Source: Octopus sinensis (taxonomy: Eukaryota). Taken from it: DNA of 64,000 nucleotides. Location of the stretch: assembly GCF_006345805.1 (NCBI RefSeq), contig NC_043009.1:61814001-61878000 (forward strand), given 5' to 3'. Both the position numbers and the translations under genes were made by a program. The notes beneath the pieces are model-generated. The model was not told the origin of the DNA. It worked only from the letters and a program-made list of their open reading frames with translations, and did no database searches. Shown in pieces: positions 25,701 to 37,700 of the stretch (position 1 is its first letter; each line of letters begins with the position of its first letter).

Positions 25701-28700
25701 ATGCACACTGACATTGCACATCCAGCGAAGCATACTGCCTTCATTTCTTTCAAGCCTACACATGTCCATGGCTGTTATAGCCTTTGTTTCACTGCCATAC
25801 AGCATAGCTGTTCAAACACAGGCTTCAAACAATCTGCCTTTCACTCTGAGAGAGAGGCCCTTTGTTGCCAGCAGGGGTAGGAGCTCTCTGAACTCTGCCC
25901 AGCCTAATCTTACAGCTACACTCTTGGAGCATCCACCGCCGCTATTAACTTGGTCACCTAGATAATGGAAGCTATCTACTACTTCTAGCTTTCTCCCCTG
26001 GCAGTTGGTGGAGTCTATTTTCTGCACATTTGCAGTGTTTATTGTACTTGTGTACCTTCCACATACAAATGTTGGTTTCCCTGTTAACCTTTTTTCTTTG
26101 ATGTTGCTGCACCCTTTATGTGTCCAAAGCTTACACTGGGTAAGAAATAAAATAAGCTAAAGAAAGTAACTCAAATGGGTCAATGGCATAAATTTTGATA
26201 AATAAGCAAATGAATGAGATACTGAATGCTGCATGAAAAACATTGTTGATAAATTGAAATTTCCTTATTTGAAGAAAGAAAGACAAAAAAAAAACCTAGT
26301 GGCAGTTATTAGTGACATTCAAACAACAAGGGGAGATAATTTTAAGAAATTCGGAATTAATCTCTTTTTAGGTTCAGGAGAAAGTCTTATATTTGTCTGC
26401 AGGCAATGTATGAATCTAAAACATTGCAGGGATACTCTGTGATTAGTTAGATATGCCCTGGTTGGGAAATCTTGGCAGTAGTTCTGTACAGTTGCTGTGA
26501 TGGTGTCAGGTCAACCCACTAAGCCTTTCTTGTCAGCTGGTCCATTTAAAAGAACTGTTTGTTAACAAGGGCTATCCAGTCAACTATATTTCTCTTTTAG
26601 TGGAGGTGCACTGGTCCAGTGGTTAGGACAGTGGACTTGTGGTTGTAGGATTGTGGTTTCAATTCCCAGACTGGGTGTTGTGAGTGTTTATTGAGCGAAA
26701 ACACCCAAAGCTCCACGAGGCTCTGGCAGTGGGTGGTAGCGATCCCTGCTGTACTCTTTCGCCACAACTTTCTCTCACTCTTTCTTCTGCTGGCCTGCTT
26801 GCTTAGCCAGCAGGGTAGCATCATTTGAAGGCTAAAACAATGCGAAGCATATTGTGACCAGTGATGTATAGCAACATCTGATAGCCTGGTCGGTCACGTG
26901 ATCACGTGATATTTCTTCTTTATATAAACTGAGCCTCTGTTAAAGTCTAAGTAATCAATATTTTGCAGATGGAAGAATTGTAATAAGAATAATAATAATG
27001 ATTTCAAATTTTGGCACAAGGCCAGTAATTCCAGGGCAGGGAGTAAATCGATTACATTGACCCCAATGATTAACGGTTACTTATTATATCAACCCTGAAA
27101 GGACAAAAAGCAAAGGGGGCCCTGGTGGATTTTGAACTCAGAATGTAAGAGCAAACGAAATTAATAACAATGTTAATATTAATTTCAAATTTTGGCATAA
27201 GGCCAACAATTTGGATGGGGGCAGTTAGTTGATACTGTTGACCCCTTTATTTGACTGGTACTTTAATCAGCCTTGAAAGGATGAAAGCCAAATTAACCTT
27301 GGTAGAATTAATACTAATAATAATAATGGTTTCAAATTTTGATGCAAAGCCTGTAATTTTGAGGGGACAGGGTTAGCTGATACAGTTAGTCAAATTACTT
27401 CACTGGTACATTATCTTATTGGTCCCATAAAGAAAATTGAGTCAGAAGAAATATCACAAAGCATTTTTCTGGTGGTCTAACTATTCTACCAGGTTTTTAC
27501 CACATAGTTGTAGCAGGGTTGACATAATGAATTTAAAAGGTCCTACTATTTGATTGGTCCTTAGTTTATTGTTTGGAGGGATGAAAGACAAAGTCAACAT
27601 CGTAGTATTTTAACTCTGAACATAGAAGGCACTTAATTTAGTATGGTTCTCTTTCTGCCAAACAATAACAATAATCTTGTTAATGGTAATTATAGGATAT
27701 TCAGTTTAGTTTGCAATGATTATGAGGATAAATTACTGATGGATTTGCTTAGATAATAAACATGTGTTTTGCCAAATGTTTGTTATTCGTGTCTTACATG
27801 ATAGATTAAGATTTGTTGTTGTAGGAAATATTCTTCTGTTATCATAACTACAGCAGTAGTAGCAGCAACAACAATAGCAGCGGCAAAATATTTGTCTGTA
27901 GCCAGAGGCAATGAAAATGAGCAGATATAGCTGATGGGATTATTGGTAGGCAACTTAACAACACACACTTTGACAAAACATAAAATACTTTGATCTATTT
28001 AGTAACAATGACCTAATTTGACTTCTTAGTACGATGTTGATCTGTATAGGAGCTCATCATGATCCAACAATGTAGAATGATAGTGGATGTTGTTTTTATA
28101 CGGTCCAAGGTTAGCTCTATTATCAAGCAGATCTTTGGCACATAGGTTGTCAACCGAATGATTAGATGCAACCCACAGATCCATAATGCGAAATGTACTA
28201 TACTACATCTCCATCTAGTTGAAAATCGCACTGCATATTTTAATATGCAGTGGTCTATTGTATGTGATGCAGTATTCCAATCTGGACATGTAATCTCTCC
28301 GTTGTCTAGTCTGTTTTGCATGTCTGGAGATTCTGGTGGTGGCCATTATTGGAGACAGATAATGTGTAGATTGTTTAGCACACAGCTTGTGTGGTAAAGT
28401 TCAGTTATATTTAATCTAGATCAGTGGTAGTCAACCATTTCCTGCCCATGGGCCCCTTTGATTTCTATTTTACCCAAGTGGACCCTCATAACCATTCCAC
28501 GTTTAAAAAAATCCTATTTTTATAATTAGATATTATTGGGAATTGTATCAAAAAAATTGTTGAAATATTTCGTGTGTATTGTAGATGTATAACTAATTTA
28601 TTGTACATAAATTTTAACAACATCATCTTATATGGACCCTGGTTGAAATCACTGATCTAAATTAATCTTTGGTAGAGAATATGGGTAGTAAGTGAAAAAG

Positions 28701-31700
28701 AGTCTATTAAATGCACAGCTTGAAAATGCAAGGGTTGATCACTATTTTGTCATGAGGTTGTTCTTGGATTAAATGGATTTTGTATACAGGAGCTCCGTGG
28801 AGGCATGTGGCTTAGTGGTTAGGGTGTCAGTACCATTATCGTAAGATTGTGGTTTTGATTCCTGGACTGGGCGATGCATTGTGTTCTTGAGCAAAACACT
28901 TCATTTCACGTTGCTCCAGTCCACTCAGCTGGCAAAAATGAGTAACGCTGCGATGGACTGGTGTCCCGTCCAGCTGGAGAACACATATGCCCTAGAAACT
29001 GGGAAACCGGGCCCATGAGCCTGGCTAGTCTTTAAAAGGGCACATTTATTTTATTTTTTATACAGGAGCTCCAATCAACTCTATTAACACAAACTTGTAA
29101 TATGGAGGTAAGCAGTCAAACAGATGAGTTGATCAATGTTTCTAGCCAAAAGAGATGTTATCTTAAGACTTAAAATATGTGGGTCCTCATTTTAACAGCA
29201 GTAAGGTGATTTGGTGATGGGGTTTTGTCTGTTTTATTGAGTAGGTTGTGTAACAATGTTGAATATTCATTGAAGGATTACTCTATACTTTGCTGAATGT
29301 TGAGAATAAATACTTCGGTGAGATTGGAAGTGCTGTTGGGTAATTTTTAGTGGTAAGATATAACTGAGAAAGGAATTTAACCCTTTAGCATTCAATCCGG
29401 CCATACCCAACCCAAATATTCTGTTTGTTCAGACTGGCCAGGTCCAGCCTCTCACACCTACCCTACATTGTCATTCTGAAAGTAAACAATTACATCATTG
29501 AAATCTTGAAGCTACAATTTAGTCCATGATTAATTCCAAAACAATGTGAATAGATAAGCATTACATTTGATAGAGTAATCTGAATATAAAAGGGTCTAAG
29601 GCATGGCTGCTTCAAGATTTGTATCAATACATCATCATCATCATTTAGTATTCGTTGTTCATGCTGGCATGGGTGGGATGGTTTGACCAGGGGAGCTGCA
29701 CCAAACTCTAGTGTGATTTGGCCTGGTTTCTATAGCTGAATGCTCTTCCTAATGCCAACCACTTTAAAGTGGGTACTGGGTGCTTTTGCGTGGAACAATA
29801 TGTGCACTCTTACATGGCGCGGCACAGGCACTTTTATGTGATTCCGCATGGGCGCTTTTACATGGCACCACATAGGTGCTTTTATGTGGCACAGTCATGA
29901 GTGCTTTACATCACCAGCAGGATTCGCCTTAATACTTCTGCTGTGTGGTATGAGTCTTCTTGAGTACAGCCAGGCACCAGGTATCTCAGTCCTTTGTCAT
30001 CTCACCTGAAAAGTTCAGCTTCCTGAGGTTGTTCCTCAGTATTTCATCCCATGTCTTCCTGGATCTCCCACTTCCACATGTACCATCCACTTATCTATTT
30101 GTTAGTATTTCAGCATCTTGTATTTACAGCTGCTGCAATTTTAGATAATACTTATTTTGCTTTTAGATATATCACTCATACCATCTCTTGGTTCTCTAGG
30201 TATGATGAGTATGGACAAGTACTTTACTAGATATTTGGTACTGTGTACTTTGGTGGATATTATGCTCTTCTTTCAAATCTAGGCCATAGTCTTGGATCCT
30301 TCTCAGTGGAAGATTAAAAGAATAGTACCAATAATATACTTGAATAAGGTGGCGAGCTGGCGAAATGCTTAGCGGTATTTTGTCTATCTTTATGTTCTGA
30401 GTTCAAATTCCACTGAGGTTGACTTTGCATGTCATCCTTTCGGGGTCAATAAATTAAGTACCAGTTGCATACTGAGGTCAATCTAATCGACTGCCCCCAC
30501 TCCCCCAAAATTTCAGGCCTTGTGCTTAGAGGAGAAAAGAATAATATACTTGAATAAAATGTTGATGTTGTCTTGTAATTTGGGAGTTAATACCTACTCT
30601 CCCCTAATTTCTGATAAAAATGTAAGTGTTGACCTCTTCACCTTATTCATTTTTTGGGATAGTTTTTCAGAAATTTGCATCTGAATACATGATCTGTTTG
30701 AACAAGTGTTTGTTTTTGTACTTGGATACTCTTGCTACCATTTGTTTCTTAATTGGAGTAAGAGGAGTACCTGTCTTGATTAGACTCTGAAGAATGACTG
30801 TATCAAGGTTTGAACTCTTGACCTATTGGCTAAATATTTCAGCCTTTTCATCTTACAGCCATCAACTTTATATATTTGTTATTCACTTTTAGGTGTAACA
30901 GGCGAACCCGCTCTTGGCTCCCGGTCAGGAGTTGGTGGTCTTGCTATCAATGATTTGGTCAATGTTGATCTGGATCTGGAGATAGTTCAGTCGCTGCAGC
31001 ATGGTCACGGTGGATGGACAGATGGAATGTTTGAGGTAAGTTTTCTTTTCAAATATCATCCTTATCATCTCTGTCACTTAGAATTATCATCTTTATTTCT
31101 GCTCCTGTGAAAGCACGTGGCCTAGTGGTTTAGGGCATTTTACTCATGATTGCTAAATAGTGGGTTCAATTCCTGGACTGAGTGGTGTGTTGTGTTCATG
31201 AGTAAAGCACTTCATTTCACATTGCTCCAGTCCACTCAGCTGTAAAAGGGTCACCCTGCAACAGACTAGCCGTTTGATCAGGGGGAAATGTTGGCCTGCC
31301 TGCCTCGCTAGAGGGGTGGCATCATTTAAAAACTAAAACGAGGCAAAGTGTATTGGGACCAGTGATGTATAATAACATCCAGTAATCTGTTTGATCACGG
31401 GATCATGTGATTTCTGCTCCTCAGCTCATTTTCCTTCTCTACAGCTTGTATCTCATTGATTATGTACAGATATTTATTGATAGTGACAGTTGATGTCTGT
31501 TGTTCACATTGACAATATGTATTGTTATTATTCACAGTAGCAATACATCTATAGTTGTTAACAGGAGTTATAAGGGCCTTGGCTATATACACACATATAT
31601 ACAACTATATACACACATACACTTTGTATGCAGGCATGGCTGTGTGGTTAAGAAGTTTACTTTACAACAATGAAGATCTAGGTTTGATCCCATTCCATAC

Positions 31701-34700
31701 AATTTGGGCAAATGTCTTCTGTTATAGCCTCAAGTAGACCAATATTTTGTGAATGGAATTTGGTAGATAAAAACTCTGCAGGAACATATTATGTATGTAT
31801 GTACATTCTTGACACAATGCTCTTGTGCATATGAGCAATTCAACAAATAGATATTGAAAAATAAATATCAGATTGAAATAAGTACTGGGGTAGATACGAT
31901 GGACTAAATTCTTGAAGCTGCTGCCCTAGTGTCCACCACAGTCCAATGACTGAAGCCAGGAAAAGAACAAATGAAAACAAACTTCTGATAATATTATTGT
32001 TATATTTTGTAAAGCTTACTTGGTAAATGTTAGTGTTACATTTATTTGATCAAAATGATTCCCAGATTTTGCTGTAATTTAATCTTTGTATTTTTGCATT
32101 GATTCTTCTTTTGTCTTTTCAGTGTCTGGGAACCACAGGAACTGTGATTGGTATTGATGAAGACAGAGATATTGTTGTGTCATATCCCAGTGGTAATCGG
32201 TAAGATTCACATTGACATTTGGTAATATGACGGTGACTTCGTGACATTATGACTTTGGACTGGGTTGTGACATAGTGACTATGTAGCATGGTGGTGTCAT
32301 TGTGATATGATAATATGGTAACGACATTATGATATGGAGGTTTTGTAACATGAGTGAGATTGCTGATTGAGAAGAAGGTCTGTGGCGGTGGGAGGGCCTA
32401 CCAATACGTAAGAATAGTTAGAAGACACAACACTCACAGAATGAAATGATGACAGCTTCCATTACCAATGTGACTTAATCAGCAATGGAGGTGGATGTTG
32501 TGAAAGGTAGTTGTCAGACTAAAGATAGAGTGAGAAAGGTTCAGGGATCTATTACCTCTGCTGGTAACAAAGGGATGACAGTATACATTGATACGTAATT
32601 TACCATAATGACCATCTACTTCACATCGTAGCTTCTCTCACTGCCTGCCTTGGACCATCAGTGTTTACCCTACTTACTTCCCCTTTCTCTTTCAACTTGT
32701 GTTCTGTTTTGAGATTCCATTCAGTTTATACAGTATAAGATACCCTTTTTTTGTAAGCTCAGTATGATTCTGACCAATTCCCTCTTTTCACTTAGTATTA
32801 GTATGTTTTAGTATGTGTATATATTTATTTATTTATTTATTTAGAATTCAAAATGTACACAATTACAATTCCTACATTACCACTGTGTATAGAGTTTCAT
32901 GGATTTCATTTTCAGGTGGACATTTAATCCGGCTGTTTTGACAAAGGTTACTCCAACAGCTAATACTGCATCTACATCAACTGAAAATACATCAACCAAC
33001 TCTCCATTTGCTGTTGGAGACCTTGTACAAATTTGTAGTGATGTGGAACGTCTGAAGCAGTTACAACGTGGACATGGCGAATGGGCTGAAGCTATGTTGC
33101 CTGTAAGTCTCTTTCTATAATAGTGTTTTTCACAACTGATTTCAAATGTATCCACTCACTTGAGATTATTTTTTAATTCTTATGTCAAGACAACAATACT
33201 GTTCATGCCTGGACATTAACACCGCTCTGTCTAGGTATGAACAGCATCCAGTAATGATAGTGATGCTGTATCTGGACAGTATTGCTGCCATGTCTGGATA
33301 CAGCATCACTGCATTAAAAAATTTATTTCACAGCTGAGTGCTTTCATGTTTGATTTCACAGTACATCTTGGTTTAAATGTTTTGTATCATAGCCTTGGGT
33401 TGACCAAACCCTTGCGACTGAAATTTGAAGAGTTTGAAAATTGTGACTGAATTTGAAGAGTTTGAAAATTGTGACTGAATTTGAAGAAGTTCATTGGAAG
33501 AACACTTCTTCTTTTTGGGTAGCACACTTCATCCCTCACTTCATGTTTAGGTGCCTTTAGGTTAGGTCTAGGGTTTAAACTAACCTCTTCTTTTCCTCTT
33601 GTTTATTACAGAAGCCTTGAAAAATATAATGGGCACTGCCTAAAAAGCAGTCACAGATAACGCTGTTGTCACAGATATGGACATCAAATCGGCATGTCCA
33701 GCTAAATGTGCAACCTTGGATCAAAGACATCTGTTAATTCTTTGTCCTGTAACTTAAACTATCATTAAATTTTCTTTAATTTCTATTCTTTCTAACACAA
33801 ACAGCTGCAAACAGATTTTATATAATCATATCTAGAATAATAGAGTAACTGTTGGCACTTTTAATATATATATGAGCTCTGCACAAAAACTCCATTACTT
33901 GAAAATCAGGCAAGGGTTAGTGACATGAAGGGCATCCAGCTGCAGAACAGTGTCTCGATAAGTATTCATCCAACCCAAGCTAGCATGGATAAAACAGAAG
34001 TAAAATGAATGGACAAATGAATGAACTGTAATACTCGTATGTGTGTGTGTGTATACACATACACACACACGCCCACATATACATACATACTTACACATAT
34101 ATGAGAGATATTGGTATGTAGAAGACTCAAAGAGTGGCAGGTGATGATAAGTAAGTGCTGTGGACAAACCATAGTTAAACTCTTGGTTTGATAATGATAC
34201 GAATATCACTATCAAACCAAGAGTACATACACATACATATATGTATATATTTATTGTCCTATGTAATCTGTGTATAATATTGCTGATACTGTGAATTAAT
34301 AATGAAATATTTTTGTATTTGTTGTGAACAGACTCTTGGTAAAGTAGGATGTGTTCAACAAATTTACCACGATAGTGACCTAAAAGTAGAAGTTTGTAGT
34401 ACTTGTTGGACATATAACCCTTCGGCTGTTACCAAAGTTGCTTCAGCAGATGGTACTGCCGTACCACATTCTTCTGGAGGTTAGTTTACCAAGTTTCTTT
34501 TATTACTTTTTGCTTTCACCTTGAATTTTGTATGTCAGAAAGAAAGAGGGGACAATACCTATTTATACGAAATTTTCTAATTCTTCCCTACAAAAACAAA
34601 AAAGAATTCAGCTGTTTTGTTTATCATTTTCTCATTTGCTTCGATTCCTTCTCTTCCCTCTTTCTCTGATTATTATCTCTTTCTTTCTTTTCTCTCAGAT

Positions 34701-37700
34701 TATCTCTCTTTTTCCATCTCTAATTATGTCATCTGAAATGTATTCTTAGTGAAATGTTTTAAGAAAAGAACATTTTAGTTTTAAAATTTTTATTGCAAGA
34801 CAGACCATACTTGACTTGTTTTAATAAGTTACTCCCTGAGCTGATGTTGATACTAATTAACAAAATAAGGAGTGAATATATACAACTGCAATGTTTCTCT
34901 ATTTTGGTTAATTAGCACTCATTTAAATGCTCTCTCAGTGGCTGCTGAACAGTGTCTTGGAGACACCAATGAAGTAAACCAAGACAAAGCAATAAAGATG
35001 AGAAAATGCCATCATGAATTTGGGAAATGGAAATAAACCCTTGCAATCAGTAGACTATAATATCTAGTTCTTCATAGATGGAAAATATGAAACTCTGATG
35101 AACAGTATTTTGACCTATGCAAGGAGTATGTATTGATGGTCAATCTTCATCTAGTTATTCTATTAATGTTGGGGTTCCTCAAGGATCTGTCCTGGGCCCA
35201 ACTCTCTTTCTTCTTTTTATCAATGATCTGCCTGATCATATCATCTGTCAGCTAGTAATCTATGCTGATGACTCTACTTTGTACTCTTGTTTAGACAAAT
35301 CTGATGACTTGTCTGATAAGGTCGAGACCACTGCTAACATTGCGAATGATCTTCGATCTATTGTTGAGTGGGGTAGGAAATGGCTTCTAATGTTCAATCC
35401 ATTGATCGCTTCAAACATCTCCTTGCCATCGGTTTTGATGGATGGTATTGATTTACCTTAAAGTCGTTCTCTTTATCTCTTAGGAGTGACTTTCTGTAAT
35501 GATTTTTCTTGGAAGACTTACATTGAATCTATTGCCAAATCGGCTGCAATGAAGGTAGGCTCACTCCTTTGTTTGAGGAGTTATCTCACTCCTGAGACTA
35601 TTCTTTATCTTTATAAGTCCACCATTCGCCCCTCCATTGAGTACTGTTGTCACATATGGGCAGGTGTTCCTGTGGATTGTTTAACTCCATTGGACTGGTC
35701 CTGATCTATCTTCTAAATTGGCTTCAGTCACTCATCATTATCATGTGGCTTCTTTGTCTCTTTTCTATAAGTATTTTCATGGACATCATTCAGCTGAGCT
35801 CTCTTCTCTGGTTCCTCCTCTAAGAACTTACCAGCAACGAACTAGACTTGCATTCAACAGTACCAGTTTCTTCTCTCACACCTCTGAACTTTGGAATTCC
35901 CTTCCAGTCTTGTTTTCCTCTTCAATATGACCTCCAGTCTTTTAAGTCTAATGTATGTCGTCACCTATTGACTTCTGTCTAGCATCCATTTTATTCTAGT
36001 AGCTCTTATGTTTTCAGTGGTCTAAGGACTTTGTAATTAGCGAATGCTTTAAAGAAAAGACATTTGCAAGTACAACCTTGGTCAGGAAAGAGAAGAGCTT
36101 TTAGATATATATATATATATTTTGGGCCATCTGAGTTGGCAGTGCTATAAATCTCTTTCTTAATCTAGAAATATTTTTGTTTTTCAGAACGTTTGAGTGC
36201 CCTGTTGAAAAAATTGTTTGAAAGCCATGTATCTGGAGATGTGAATGAAGAATTAGTGAAGGCTGCAGCAAATGGTGATGCTGCAAAAGTAGAAGAAATT
36301 CTTCAAAGACCAGAAGCCGAGGTAATATATTTACTTGTCACTTCACTCATCAGTTTCTGCTTTCATTTGTATAAAAATTAATTTTTTCTTTCTATCTGTC
36401 AATTCTTGAAATATGTTGTAAATGTATTTGCTAGATTTTTCAAAATACAGACATGTACTTAATATGTGGAAGTGTCTGTGTGGTTGGGGTGTTATTGCTA
36501 GCTGTTTATATATTCTAGTAAAACATCTTTTTCATCACGATGTCATTGCTATTATTACAATAAGGTGGTAGGCTGGCAGAATCATTATTCTTTTATGCTT
36601 TTATTTGTTTCATCATTTGACTGTGGCCATGCTGGAGCACTGCCTTTAGTTGAACAAATCGACCCAGGACTTAGTCTTTGTAAGCTTAGTACTTATTCTA
36701 TCAGTCTCTTTTGCCAAAATGCTAAGTTACAGGGACGTAAACGCACCAACAATTGTTGTCAAGCGATGGTGGGGGGACAAACACCAACACACAAACACAT
36801 ACATACGCTCACACACACACACATATATACATAAACAGCGGGCTTCTTTCAGTTTCTGTCTACCAAATCCACTCACAAGGCTTTGGTTGGCCCGAGGCTA
36901 TGGAAGAAGATACTTGCCCAAGGTGCCACGCAACGGGACTGAAGCCGGAACCATGTGGTTGGTAAGCAATCTTCTTACCATACTGCAGCATTTCATGCGT
37001 CCTTACGTTCTGAGTTCAAATTCCATTGAGGTCGACTTTGACTTTCATCTTTTCAGGGTCAATAACTTAAGTACCAATCAAGTACTGGGATCGATGTAAT
37101 TGACTAGTCCGCCCCCACCATAACTAAATTTCAGGCCTTGTGCCTTTAGTAGAAAGGTTATTATTCTTAATCATAACAATAAGCAAGTGAAATGGCAGAA
37201 TCATTAGCACACTGGACAAAATGCTTAGCAATATTTCGTATATCTTTACATTCTGAGTTCAAATCCCACCAAAGTTTGCCTTTCATCCTTTCAGGGTCGA
37301 TAAATTAAGTACCAGTTGAGTACTGGGGTCGATGTAATCGACTTACCCGCTTCCCTCAAAATTTCAGGCCCTGTACCTTTAGTAGAAAAGGTTATTATTC
37401 ATAAGAATAGTGTGGTGAGCTTGTAGTATTGCTAGCGTGTTAGACAAAAAATGTTTAGTGGCAATTCTGGCTCTTTATGTTCTGAGTTCAAATCCCACCA
37501 AGGTTGTCTTTGTCTTTCATCCTTTCGGAGTTGATTAAATAAGTAACAGTTGAACACTGGGGTCAATGTAATTGACTCATCCCTTCTCCTAAAATTGCTG
37601 GCCAAACCATTATTCAGAACAATAATGATAGTACTTAATGTATTCACAAGAGTGGTAGATGGCAGAATTGGTTGTGCATCAGACCAAATGCCTGGGATTG

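Noticed and set aside
34930-35050. Mariner N-terminal-like peptide ([12 protein letters not shown]...CHHEFGKWK)
   Set aside because: Only a vague pattern; no TIR or further motifs.
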